Notes: generated by a model from the sequence alone, not told the origin. 62,483 nucleotides of DNA from an uncultured Bacteroidales bacterium (GCA_903824935.1 CAIJYT010000149.1:1-62483); one strand, 5' to 3'; positions 20,822 to 30,346 are shown, numbered from the stretch's first letter. Translations and numbers: made by a program.

Positions 20822-22519
20822 TTATTTAATGAATGCAATGACCAGCATCACTTCTTTCCCCGAAAGGCTGCTCACTCTATAGCTCCCGGCAGCGGCAGGT
20901 ATTGCAAAGGTCTCGGCATAACTGAATTTCATGCTCATCCCGTTCAGGGTTTCTACAGTTATATCATCCCCCTCCACGAGATTTAGCACATGGCATTTAT
21001 TGTTTGTTTCAATGTATGCGGATGTGAGGATATGGTACCTCCATACATCATAGTAATGCAAGGGATGCGTCGGCAGATGGAATTTTTTCCAGCCCGGCCC
21101 TTCGGCCAGCAATACCGGTTTCGAAATGAAATCACGTGCAATGATTTCCCCTTTACGGCTGAAATCAAGGTTTTCCATAGCCCTTCCAATGTTCAGGTCC
21201 CTGGGGTTCCCGTCAAGGTCCATTCTCAGCCAGTCATACATTTTGAAAGTAAAGATATACGGAGTGGTGCTTATCTCGAGCACCAGGTTATTGCATCCTG
21301 AACCATGAACGGTTCCTTCGGGGATCAGGAAAAAATCATGCTTTGCAGCAATATGCTGCTGCACGAATTTCGGGATATCCACCAGGGTTTTTTCTTTCGC
21401 GCTTTTTTCCAGATTTTTTTTGAAATGTTCACTATCTATGTTTTCAATAAATCCCAGGTTTACCAAGGCATTATCCTTAGTGTCAAGAATATAATAAGCC
21501 TCCTGCTGGGTGATGTTTTCGCCGAATTTATTTTGAATATATTCTTCCTGCGGATGACATTGCACCGATAAATTTCCACCGTCGAAAGTATCAAGGAAGT
21601 CGAAGCGTATCGGAAACTCATTCCCGAATCGTTCATGACAGTCGCCCAGCACCCTGGCTGCCTCAGTGAACATCAGCCAGTCAAACGAGATTTCAAGCCT
21701 GCTCCCGCTGCTTTCCAGGATAAGTCCGTTTTCGGGAACTATCATTTCGAAAGACCAGGCATAATTGGGAACGTCCGTACTCAGCCCGGGTATATGCTCC
21801 TTGATCCAGGTCCCGCCCCAGGCACCGGGTTCAAACCACGGCCTCACACGGAACACATTCCGGCTCATTGTATTGAGCGCCGACCTGAAAACATTGCCTT
21901 CTATCCAGAAGATGCTTCCCGGCTTTTGCCCGTCCACTATGATATCCACAGAAAAAGAAATCTCATCCTTATGCCTGTTCAGAAGTATCCAGTCGACAAA
22001 ATAAAACCTCTTGTACATCGCCTTCGGATGTGCAGGCTCCAGCGCTCCGAGGTTGTTGATGCTGCCTGACCTGGCACGGTATTGCATCTCGTTTTTAGGC
22101 AGGTCAATGTATATGAGGCGTCCTTCCCATCCCGACAGTGAAGAACCGGGTCCGTAAATAATATTCAGGTCGGCCCCCGGATCAGGCTTCAGGTTGTGGA
22201 TCTTTTCAACATCAAAATAATCAGAAAGGCTCAGGGTGCAGCGTTTGCCAAAAAGAGGATCCTCACCCCCGAGAAAGGGTTCAATAAGTTTGCTTATCTC
22301 TTCGGATGGCAGCATTGCACTGCCCGCATCCATCCAGGAAACATTTAAGCCTGAAGCCCTGAAACATTTATCGAGGCTTTTTCTGAAATCTTCAAAATAA
22401 ACCCCATGGTAACCATCAATTATCACTGTTTTCTCAAGGCTGAGATGCTTCGCCAGACCGGCGAAACCATCATGGATCAATCCACCCTCCAGGGGAAAAA
22501 CAGGAAAACACTCGTACAT
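20822..22519 (-). CDS. Class I mannose-6-phosphate isomerase-like cupin protein with extra N-terminal domain
   Basis: C-terminal FPIRFDFLDTFDGGNLSVQCHP...QQEAYYI...GTVHGSG...VLEIS cupin metal site; WGG motif. Confidence 0.75.
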   Translation of the reverse strand: MYECFPVFPLEGGLIHDGFAGLAKHLSLEKTVIIDGYHGVYFEDFRKSLDKCFRASGLNVSWMDAGSAMLPSEEISKLIEPFLGGEDPLFGKRCTLSLSDYFDVEKIHNLKPDPGADLNIIYGPGSSLSGWEGRLIYIDLPKNEMQYRARSGSINNLGALEPAHPKAMYKRFYFVDWILLNRHKDEISFSVDIIVDGQKPGSIFWIEGNVFRSALNTMSRNVFRVRPWFEPGAWGGTWIKEHIPGLSTDVPNYAWSFEMIVPENGLILESSGSRLEISFDWLMFTEAARVLGDCHERFGNEFPIRFDFLDTFDGGNLSVQCHPQEEYIQNKFGENITQQEAYYILDTKDNALVNLGFIENIDSEHFKKNLEKSAKEKTLVDIPKFVQQHIAAKHDFFLIPEGTVHGSGCNNLVLEISTTPYIFTFKMYDWLRMDLDGNPRDLNIGRAMENLDFSRKGEIIARDFISKPVLLAEGPGWKKFHLPTHPLHYYDVWRYHILTSAYIETNNKCHVLNLVEGDDITVETLNGMSMKFSYAETFAIPAAAGSYRVSSLSGKEVMLVIAFIK

Positions 22520-22521
22520 AC

Positions 22522-23493
22522 TTATTTATCAGAAATAAAAGGCAGCCTGGAATAAAATGAATCATCGCAAAGCCTTGCTACACCTGTGATTCCTGCAAGT
22601 TCACCCAGTTCAGAAACAAAGACAGGGATATTACAGCCATGATCTTTCAATGCCTCAAGGAAAGGCTTTTCAAACAGGGAATATGAATTTGCGATGTTCC
22701 CTCCAATGGTAAGGCATTCTGCATGGAACTTCAGAAGCCACGGGGCAAGGAACACTCCCATATGGAAGCCGAATTCATTGAAGATGAGGGATGCGGGATT
22801 CGGGATGCTGACGTTTGGCGATGATCCTGCATCCTGCATCCTGTATCCTGCATCAAGTTCCATAAGCTCCTTTACACCCGTAATTTCTTCACCCGTAACT
22901 GCTTTGTACCTGCCAATAAACCATCTTGTGGAGAAATGGTCGTCGGCAATGCTGTTACCGAAAGGCAGGTGATAAACGCAGCCGTACTCAGGGACTTCAG
23001 GGCCTGACTCCACGGGAATGCCATCTGAAATGAAGGCTGACCCGAACCCGGTTCCAAGGGTGACAGCCATATTTTTCCTGTAAGCCGAAGCTTTGCCTGT
23101 CCAGGCCTCGCCTATGGCAAAACTTGTCGCATCATTTAAAAATCTTAAGGGTACCGAAACATCCAGGCCAAGACGGCTAAGGAGTTCCTGACGCACATTG
23201 ATGCCATATAAGCTGTCGTATTTTTGAACTCCCTTAAACCAGGCGATGCCCCCTGGGTAATCGAATGGGCCGGGCATTGCAAACCCTATCCCTCCAAGGT
23301 CTTCTTTTCCTATGAGGTTAATCAGCCTGGCCAGAGCTTCACTCCAGCTGTTCAGGATGATTTCAGCGGAAGCCTGGCTGTTAACATCTTCCCTTACTTT
23401 AAATACATCCGAAATAACATGTCCTCCTGGGCTTATACCCATGCAGGTAATATGGCTCCCTCCGATATCAGCGCCAATAAGAATTTTTGTCAT
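22522..23493 (-). CDS. ROK family sugar kinase
   Basis: IGADIGGSHI, GFAMPGPFDY, FLNDA, TLGTGFGS. Confidence 0.9.
   Translation of the reverse strand: MTKILIGADIGGSHITCMGISPGGHVISDVFKVREDVNSQASAEIILNSWSEALARLINLIGKEDLGGIGFAMPGPFDYPGGIAWFKGVQKYDSLYGINVRQELLSRLGLDVSVPLRFLNDATSFAIGEAWTGKASAYRKNMAVTLGTGFGSAFISDGIPVESGPEVPEYGCVYHLPFGNSIADDHFSTRWFIGRYKAVTGEEITGVKELMELDAGYRMQDAGSSPNVSIPNPASLIFNEFGFHMGVFLAPWLLKFHAECLTIGGNIANSYSLFEKPFLEALKDHGCNIPVFVSELGELAGITGVARLCDDSFYSRLPFISDK
22783..22854. repeat. Inverted pair of heptamer arrays inside the ROK CDS
   Basis: gatgagg gatgcgg gattcgg gatgctg - 13 nt - atcctgc atcctgc atcctgt atcctgc atc. Confidence 0.75.
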
Positions 23494-23584
23494 GATTTAG
23501 ACTTAGGTTTAGTAAAGGTATGGTTTTTGACGCTTAAAAGTAGAAAGGAAATGTTTACCTTTAGTAATCAAAAACTTAAGCTTT

Positions 23585-24550
23585 ATGAAGACTTTACGTT
23601 CATTGGGAAACAGCGGGATGATGGTTACACCTATCGGTCTCGGATGCTGGCAGTTCAGCAAGCAAAACAACCTGGCAGGAAAATTCTGGCCTACCCTTGA
23701 AGATGACCTTATAACCAAAGTGGTTGCCCTTTCACTTGAAGGCGGTATCAACTGGTTCGACACGGCCGAAATATATGGCAAGGGTGCTTCGGAAAAAGCC
23801 CTGTCAAAAGCGCTTCAGGCTGCTGGGAAAAAACCGGGAGAAGTTCTGATCGCTACAAAATGGTGGCCCATGTTCCGTTTTGCCTCAAATATACCAGTTG
23901 GTATTGATCAGCGGATTGAAGCCCTTAACCCTTATCCTATCGATCTTTACCAGGTACACCAGCCCTGGGGATTTTCAAGCGAGAAAAGCGAAGTTTCAGC
24001 TATGGCTGAATTATTCGCTCAGAAAAAGATAAAATACATAGGTGTCAGTAATTTTTCGGCAAACAAAATGAAAAGTGCCTGGGAAACCCTCGACAAGAAA
24101 GGGATCCCGCTGGCTTCCAACCAGATGCCATACAGCCTGCTGAACAGGAAAATTGAATCAAGCGGCGTGATGGAAATGGCAAAAAAACTTGGCATTTCTA
24201 TTATTGCCTATTCGCCTCTTGCCCAGGGACTGGTCACGGGGAAATTTCACGACAATCCTGAGCTTTTAAAAAACATAGGGTTGAGAAAGCATACTTCCCT
24301 GTTCAAGCCGGCCGGGCTTGAGAAAAGCCGCCCTGTCATCAACCTTGTTAAAGAGCTTGCACTGAAGTATAATGTAACCCCTTCACAGGTAGCCCTGAAC
24401 TGGGTGATCAATTACCATGGCGACTCGGTGGTTGCAATACCGGGAGCTACAAAAGAGGTCCACGTGAAAGAAAACACAGGGGCAATGAGTTTCAGGCTTT
24501 CCGACGAGGATATGCTCAGGCTGGATAAGGTGAGTGCGATTTTCAAATAA
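23585..24550 (+). CDS. Aldo/keto reductase
   Basis: IGLGCWQ, FDTAEIYG, IDLYQVH, IGVSNF, IAYSPLAQG. Confidence 0.92.
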   Translation: MKTLRSLGNSGMMVTPIGLGCWQFSKQNNLAGKFWPTLEDDLITKVVALSLEGGINWFDTAEIYGKGASEKALSKALQAAGKKPGEVLIATKWWPMFRFASNIPVGIDQRIEALNPYPIDLYQVHQPWGFSSEKSEVSAMAELFAQKKIKYIGVSNFSANKMKSAWETLDKKGIPLASNQMPYSLLNRKIESSGVMEMAKKLGISIIAYSPLAQGLVTGKFHDNPELLKNIGLRKHTSLFKPAGLEKSRPVINLVKELALKYNVTPSQVALNWVINYHGDSVVAIPGATKEVHVKENTGAMSFRLSDEDMLRLDKVSAIFK

Positions 24551-24577
24551 ACCGCGATACAGGGAGCATTGACCGGC

Positions 24578-25594
24578 CTATAAGGATTTCAGCACATCTT
24601 CCACAGTCATCATCATGCTGTCGGTGAAATCGAGATGAGTCACAAAACGTATGACCTGGGGGGCCAGGGACATTGAATGGATATTTTTATCCTTCAGTTT
24701 TGCCAGGAATTCTTTCTCCGAATACTTTTTCCCCAGTGTAAATATGAGGATGTTCGTTTCACAGGGCATGACATTCTCAACATAAGGCAAGGTCTCGAGG
24801 AGTTTCCCGATATACCTGGCACGGTCATGGTCTTCCTTCAGCCTGCTAATATTATGATCCAGTGCATAGATCCCTGCAGCTGCAATATACCCCACCTGGC
24901 GCATGGCACCTCCGAAGGCTTTCCTTACACGCCTTGCCCGCTTGATAAAAGCGTTGTCTCCGAGTATAAGCGAACCTATGGGAGCTCCCAAACCCTTTGA
25001 CAGGCAGATTGAAACCGAATCAAAAAGGGCGGCATATTTTTGAGGACCTTCACCGGTTTCGGCGAGAGCGTTGAACAAACGTGCCCCGTCGAGATGGTAT
25101 TTCAGGTTGTGCTTTCTGCAAACTTCTGCGATAGCTGCCAGGGTCCCGAATTTATAAACAGATCCTCCTCCTTTGTTCATAGTGTTCTCAACTTCCACCA
25201 GGGTAGTCACCGGGCGGTGAATATCGGTATCAGGATTGATGTGAGACTCAACATCAGCTGCGCTGATCTGGCCTTGGTCCCCTTCAAGAAGGCAGACCGA
25301 GACTCCTGAATTCCGCATCATTGAACCGCCTTCATAATAATACACATGAGAATGCTTATGGCAGATTACCTCGTCGCCGGGACGGGTATGTATATTTACC
25401 GCAATCTGGTTTGTCATCGTGCCTGAAGGACAATACAGGGCTGCCTGTTTCCCCAGCAGGGCTGCAGCTTTTTCTTCAAGCATGATTACGGTAGGATCAT
25501 CATGGAATACATCGTCGCCCACTTTGGCCGAGAACATGGCCTCAAGCATTTCCTTTGAAGGGCGCGTTACGGTATCGCTTCTTAAATCAATCAT
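24578..25594 (-). CDS. ltaE: Low-specificity L-threonine aldolase
   Basis: MIDLRSDTVT, PSGTMTNQ, HLDGARLFNA, CLSKGLGAPIGS; start set at ATG 25594. Confidence 0.9.
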   Translation of the reverse strand: MIDLRSDTVTRPSKEMLEAMFSAKVGDDVFHDDPTVIMLEEKAAALLGKQAALYCPSGTMTNQIAVNIHTRPGDEVICHKHSHVYYYEGGSMMRNSGVSVCLLEGDQGQISAADVESHINPDTDIHRPVTTLVEVENTMNKGGGSVYKFGTLAAIAEVCRKHNLKYHLDGARLFNALAETGEGPQKYAALFDSVSICLSKGLGAPIGSLILGDNAFIKRARRVRKAFGGAMRQVGYIAAAGIYALDHNISRLKEDHDRARYIGKLLETLPYVENVMPCETNILIFTLGKKYSEKEFLAKLKDKNIHSMSLAPQVIRFVTHLDFTDSMMMTVEDVLKSL

Positions 25595-25690
25595 GCCCAA
25601 AATTACTAAATTATTCGGTGGCAGTGGCTGCAACACCCGTCAAATTACCATACTATGTACCGGGAATAATTGAATTACCAGGAGTTTGCT

Positions 25691-25698
25691 TATCTTTG
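25691..25698 (+). promoter_or_regulatory. -7 promoter element for osmC
   Basis: TATCTTTG 60 nt upstream of the osmC ATG. Confidence 0.45.
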
Positions 25699-25758
25699 GG
25701 GGAGGAGGATAGATCCTTATCACAGAAAGATAGTTTAATCACCAAAAAGCAAGAAAGC

Positions 25759-26193
25759 ATGAAACGTAAAGCAACAGCCGTATGGCAGGGAAACGGGATG
25801 GAAGGCAAAGGAAGCCTGACTTCCACAAGTGGTGTACTGAATAATACCCCATATTCATTTTTAACCAGGTTCAAGAACGAGGACGGAATTGCGGGGACAA
25901 ACCCTGAAGAACTTATTGCCGCGGCCCATGCAGGTTGTTATGCAATGGCTCTGAGTTTTATGTTAAGCGGGGCTGGTTTTATAGCCGACGAACTCAAAGT
26001 TGATGCGGCAGTGAGCATTGACCAGGTAGGAGATCATTTCGAGATTACTTCAATAAACCTTAATCTTACAGGCAAAGTGCCCGGGATTACTCCTGAAAAA
26101 TTTATAGAATTAGCCAATTCGGCAAAAGTCAATTGTCCTGTATCACAGGCTCTGAAATCTGTGAATATTACTCTTTCTGCAATACTGGTATAG
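25759..26193 (+). CDS. osmC: OsmC family peroxiredoxin
   Basis: ATAVWQG..GKG, GTNPEELIAAAHAGCY, AKVNCPVSQAL; start set at ATG 25759. Confidence 0.92.
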   Translation: MKRKATAVWQGNGMEGKGSLTSTSGVLNNTPYSFLTRFKNEDGIAGTNPEELIAAAHAGCYAMALSFMLSGAGFIADELKVDAAVSIDQVGDHFEITSINLNLTGKVPGITPEKFIELANSAKVNCPVSQALKSVNITLSAILV

Positions 26194-26253
26194 CGGGCAG
26201 ACACATCACATCCTGGAATCTTTAAGCTTTGTTCCGGGGAACTTCAGGAGTAT

Positions 26254-26286
26254 AAAAAAAGGGGCGGTTCTTTCAGAACCGCCCCT
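26254..26286 (-). terminator. Intrinsic terminator of the 26322-26789 gene
   Basis: 12-bp stem aggggcggttct/agaaccgcccct followed by a U-run on the minus strand. Confidence 0.8.
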
Positions 26287-26321
26287 GGCGTTATAGAGAG
26301 CAACATTACCGCAAAATAGTA

Positions 26322-26789
26322 TCAGTCATTAAAGGCAGCTTCAGTTGGTGTTGAGGGAGAAAATTTGGTAATGTCAGTATCGGCAACTTCAGCATCGCTG
26401 AAATCAGCTTCGGCAGGAGCAAGAGGAGAGAGGGAAGTAAGGTCTGAGTTTGAGGTTTCAGCATCGCTGAAATCAGCTTCGGCCGGGGTAACAGGAGCGA
26501 GGGAAGTGGTTGAGGCTTCAGCATCATCGAAATCGGCTTCGGCCGGCGTTGCGGGTTTCAGCATGGATGAGATAAAATTCTCAACCCTGTCGGTAAAAGG
26601 TTCATCGAAATCGGCCTCTTTTGGAGTAGAAGGTGCAAGTATTGCAACCAGGTCGCTAAGCGAGAACGAAATGCGGGGGCTGAAGTTGAAACCTGTTGCA
26701 TATGAATTATTTATAGTGAAAATTGTAATTGCTGCGAAAATGATCAGGCTTTTCAGAAGTTTGCCGGTAATGTTGTAATGTGCTTTCAT
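26322..26789 (-). CDS. Secreted acidic protein with five LxPxTPxEAxFxD-like repeats
   Basis: Sec-like signal (..NNSYA); repeats LAPSTPKEADFDE, LKPATPAEADFDD, LAPVTPAEADFSD, LSPLAPAEADFSD, FSPSTPTEAAFND; own promoter and terminator. Confidence 0.75.
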   Translation of the reverse strand: MKAHYNITGKLLKSLIIFAAITIFTINNSYATGFNFSPRISFSLSDLVAILAPSTPKEADFDEPFTDRVENFISSMLKPATPAEADFDDAEASTTSLAPVTPAEADFSDAETSNSDLTSLSPLAPAEADFSDAEVADTDITKFSPSTPTEAAFND

Positions 26790-26818
26790 GGTTTTTTGTT
26801 TTTGCGTTGTTGATGAAG

Positions 26819-26928
26819 CAAAAGTAATACACCATGAAGGCCGGGAACAGGGGTTTTCGTCCTTCGCAGGAGCTTACCCGATGAATGCGGGTTAAACCCC
26901 GATAAAAAAACAATTAAAATTCGTCGGG
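26819..26928 (-). promoter_or_regulatory. -7 element plus LytTR-like direct repeats
   Basis: TACTTTTG at 26819-26826; CCCGATGAA (26877-85) and CCCGATAAA (26898-906) with 12-bp spacer; inverted copy TTCGTCGGG at 26920-28. Confidence 0.5.
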
Positions 26929-26953
26929 AAGACATCCCCCGGTAAACAGGAGA

Positions 26954-27649
26954 TTACTCTTTGTCGAACCCGAACCTCCACACCAGGGCTGCAATGACAG
27001 CGCCAACAATGGGAGCAACAATGAAGAGCCAGAGCTGTGAAAGGGCTTTGCCTCCTGCGAACAATGCGGGCCCCAGGCTTCGGGCGGGATTTACTGAAGT
27101 TCCTGTAACAGGTATAGCGACAAGATGGATCAGCATAAGGGTGACCCCTATGGCCAGTCCTGCCATCGCCCCATTCCCGTATTTCGAAGTGGTGCCAAGA
27201 ATTACAAATATGAAAAGGAAAGTCATGACCGCCTCTATAATGAAGGCACTTGAGACCATATAACCTCCCAGATACCCTTCGCCCCACCCATTAGCTCCAA
27301 GGCCCCATTCTTTAAGCTGAAAGTCCGGCTTTCCGCTTATTATAACATAAAGAACAAAAGTTCCAAGGATGGCTCCAACGCATTGGGCGATAATATACCC
27401 TATCGCGTCCTTGCCGCTGATCTTCCCCGCAACCAGAACACCAATTGTAACAGCAGGGTTTATATGACAACCCGAAATGCCGCCAATGGCATATGCCATG
27501 GCAACTACAGCAAACCCGAAGGCAATGGCAATACCAAGGATCCCGATTCCGTTCGGACCGGTCTGGGACATGCCGGAAATCACTGCGGCTCCGCAACCGA
27601 AGAGGACCAGGCAAAAAGTCCCGATTAATTCTGCAAAATACTTTTTCAT
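26954..27649 (-). CDS. aqpZ: Aquaporin Z
   Basis: Two NPA motifs (SGCHINPAVT, TSVNPARS). Confidence 0.93.
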   Translation of the reverse strand: MKKYFAELIGTFCLVLFGCGAAVISGMSQTGPNGIGILGIAIAFGFAVVAMAYAIGGISGCHINPAVTIGVLVAGKISGKDAIGYIIAQCVGAILGTFVLYVIISGKPDFQLKEWGLGANGWGEGYLGGYMVSSAFIIEAVMTFLFIFVILGTTSKYGNGAMAGLAIGVTLMLIHLVAIPVTGTSVNPARSLGPALFAGGKALSQLWLFIVAPIVGAVIAALVWRFGFDKE

Positions 27650-27707
27650 GATTTTGGTTTTTGGTTGATTAACACTGCTAATTTATGTATTTCGAAAGGA
27701 AAAGCAA

Positions 27708-28493
27708 CTATTTGGACTTCATTGCCGGAGCCACCTCAACAAGCCTTACGGTCCAGAAGTCGTCACTCAGGTTTTCGTTAAGCAAATAATCATAAGGCAT
27801 AGTGAAGTATCCCTGCAAACCCCATTGCGCACTCCAGCTGTTACGGACAATGAACCTGTGCGTCCTATCATCATACCCTACCGCAAGCACTGCATGCCCG
27901 CCGATTACCTGCTCTCCCGGGCCCGGCATATTAAGTGCACCTGTCTTTGCAACTGTTGAGCTTTCAAAGCTCTCATATACTGTAAACCCGAACACCATGG
28001 GGTAACCATCAGCCAGGCAGCCTTTGATCTGGTCAAGCACCCTTGGAACCCTGTGATATGAAAGAACCTGGTGGTCCAGTGCTGTTTTATAACAGGCGGC
28101 AGTGGGTTTTACTGCAAATTTTTTAATATCGTAAGGCCAGTTCTTTTCGGGACAGGTTCCATCCTTGCTTACAGTTTTCATACCATCGCGTATCATGGCC
28201 CCGCTATCGCTGCCGGTTGAATTTTCGATGACCCTCTCATTATAATAAATGAATAATCGCGAAGGCATGAAATCACTGGCCTTCTGTTTGATCAGGCCGA
28301 ATTCAAAAGCCGCTCCTATGGCATTGGCGGTACAACTCCCAAGTTGTCCCTGGTCATACACCTCGGGGCAGCCGGGCCTTAGATCGGTCATTGGCGGAAG
28401 TTCTTTCAGGACCGCCGCTGGTGCAGCATACCTGTAGTCCCTCTGGTCGGGGATATCGGGCTGCCATCCGTAATGTGATACTTTAAAGCTCAT
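27708..28493 (-). CDS. Papain-family (C1A) cysteine peptidase
   Basis: QGQLGSCT (Cys), GGHAV (His), RNSW (Asn); YGWxPDxPDxRD N-terminus; no signal peptide. Confidence 0.9.
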   Translation of the reverse strand: MSFKVSHYGWQPDIPDQRDYRYAAPAAVLKELPPMTDLRPGCPEVYDQGQLGSCTANAIGAAFEFGLIKQKASDFMPSRLFIYYNERVIENSTGSDSGAMIRDGMKTVSKDGTCPEKNWPYDIKKFAVKPTAACYKTALDHQVLSYHRVPRVLDQIKGCLADGYPMVFGFTVYESFESSTVAKTGALNMPGPGEQVIGGHAVLAVGYDDRTHRFIVRNSWSAQWGLQGYFTMPYDYLLNENLSDDFWTVRLVEVAPAMKSK

Positions 28494-28568
28494 GTTCCCT
28501 GTGATTTAATATTTATTATGGACTGCGGATGGGATTTGCGAAAACCTCATCCACAGTCAAAATTACAA

Positions 28569-29969
28569 TTAAACTGCCGCTGCTTTATCCTGGGACCGGC
28601 TGGAAAAACGAGTGAATACAAAGGCAAGGACGAGAAATAGAACCCCGATGATGAAAGCGTTCCTTACTCCTCCAATATTTTCAAGAGTTGTAGGATGCGC
28701 GCTGTCACCACCTGTTGTCAGAGAGAAGGCCATCTGGAAAACAGAAACACCAATCACTGCCGCCACCGATGTGAAAGTGTTTGAAGTGGCGGAAACGATA
28801 CCGTGTTTTCCTTCGGCGGCCATGCTCATGATCATGGTGTTGTTGGGCGAGAGGAACAGGCCGAGGAAGGTGCCCGAGAATAAAAGGAATACAATGGGGA
28901 CCCATACCTGCATCATTCCAAGTGCAACTGAAAAGAAGGAATAGTCTATAACTCCAACGATGAGTGCGATGGTACAGATCTTTACTGGATTTATTTTATC
29001 CGACATTTTACCGGCCATCGGGGCCAGTACCATGACTACCAGTGAGGAGATCAGCAGAAGCATTCCCACGATATTCGAAGTAAGTCCCAGGTCTCTTTCC
29101 AGGTAAAACGGCATGATGTATGCGTAGCCGAAGTTGGCGCTGCTTGCCATCAGGCTTGCGATGAGGGCGAATGTCAGGGGTTTGATGCTGAACAGGCTCA
29201 GGTCAAGGATGGGATGGCTGGCCCTCTTTTCTCTTTTGACAAAAAAGTAAAACAGGAAAGCAGCGATGGTGAGTGCCCCGTAGGGCATTATTACCTCTAC
29301 GCCCCTGTTGTCAAAGGAATTGAACGCAAGGATAAGGAAAGTGAAGGCAACCAGGGCCAGCAGGGCTCCCTGGATATCAAACCCGCTGAATGAAAATTTC
29401 TCCTTCTTCTCTCCCGGGATATATTTTGCCGACAGCCAGATTGCTGCAATCCCGATCGGGACATTGATAAGGAAAATCCAGTGCCAGCTTGCATAGAAGG
29501 TGATGAAACCTCCAAGGGGGGCGCCGAGGCTCACACCTATTGATGAAATGGTGGTAAGCATGCCGTAAGAAGAACCTACTTTGTCATGGGGCATGAACCT
29601 GCCTATGATGGCCAGGCAGTTGGCGACAAGCATCGATCCTCCAAGTCCCTGTATGAAGCGGGCGATAATAAGTGTGACTATACCGGGTGAAATCCCGCAA
29701 AGCAGTGATCCTATTGTGAACAGGATGAAGCCGCTGATGTAGATCTTCTTCAGCCCGATGCGGTCACCCAGCATCCCGAAGAGCAGTAATGTGGCTGTGC
29801 TGGCCACCAGGTAGGCCAGGAGGACAAGTGATACAATGTCGCGGGAGCAGCCGAAATTCTGGGCTATCGTGGGCAGGGAGATATTTACGATGAAAGCATC
29901 GAGCTTTACCATCAGCATGGCCAGGGATGCACTGATCAGGATGAGAGTGTATGATCTTTTTTCAGTCAT
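28569..29969 (-). CDS. MFS transporter, DHA2 (14-TM) drug:H+ antiporter type
   Basis: LDAFIVNISLPTIA, GMLGDRIGLKK, WHWIFLINVPIG. Confidence 0.88.
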   Translation of the reverse strand: MTEKRSYTLILISASLAMLMVKLDAFIVNISLPTIAQNFGCSRDIVSLVLLAYLVASTATLLLFGMLGDRIGLKKIYISGFILFTIGSLLCGISPGIVTLIIARFIQGLGGSMLVANCLAIIGRFMPHDKVGSSYGMLTTISSIGVSLGAPLGGFITFYASWHWIFLINVPIGIAAIWLSAKYIPGEKKEKFSFSGFDIQGALLALVAFTFLILAFNSFDNRGVEVIMPYGALTIAAFLFYFFVKREKRASHPILDLSLFSIKPLTFALIASLMASSANFGYAYIMPFYLERDLGLTSNIVGMLLLISSLVVMVLAPMAGKMSDKINPVKICTIALIVGVIDYSFFSVALGMMQVWVPIVFLLFSGTFLGLFLSPNNTMIMSMAAEGKHGIVSATSNTFTSVAAVIGVSVFQMAFSLTTGGDSAHPTTLENIGGVRNAFIIGVLFLVLAFVFTRFSSRSQDKAAAV

Positions 29970-29975
29970 ACGGGC

Positions 29976-30320
29976 TTACTTTTTCTTCTTGCTTGATTTT
30001 GCTTTCGGGTTGAACTCAAGGGCAAGCTTTATCCAGTATTCAAGATCGGCATCCATATCCGTGCCTGTAGGGTCGATAAATAAAAAACCTTTCATCGACC
30101 TGCCTGTGAAATCCATCAGCCTGCAACCTCTCTTTTTAAGTGCATCTTCTGTGCCTTCAGGATCTATGCGGGCCATCAGGTCTTCTTTGACAACTCCGAC
30201 GCACATTTTATCATCCACCAGGTAACAAACCCCTCCCATCATGAACTTTTCTTCGTATGTAATACCAAAGATCTCAAAGGTGCGGTTGACGCGATCGGCA
30301 AGATGTTTGTCATAAGCCAT
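29976..30320 (-). CDS. TfoX/Sxy N-terminal domain protein
   Basis: MAYD..LADR, EKFMMGG..YLVDDKMC.GV, MDFTGRSMKGF. Confidence 0.85.
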   Translation of the reverse strand: MAYDKHLADRVNRTFEIFGITYEEKFMMGGVCYLVDDKMCVGVVKEDLMARIDPEGTEDALKKRGCRLMDFTGRSMKGFLFIDPTGTDMDADLEYWIKLALEFNPKAKSSKKKK

Positions 30321-30346
30321 GATCCTGATTTTTTGATTAATCCCGG

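Noticed and set aside
26388-26543. 27-nt repeats with 33-42 nt spacers resembling a mini CRISPR array
   Set aside because: Periods are multiples of 3, they encode the protein repeat in an open frame, the spacers are related, and no cas genes are present
28521-28558. Hairpin between the MFS and C1 peptidase genes
   Set aside because: No U-tract and single occurrence; at most an ordinary mRNA stability stem
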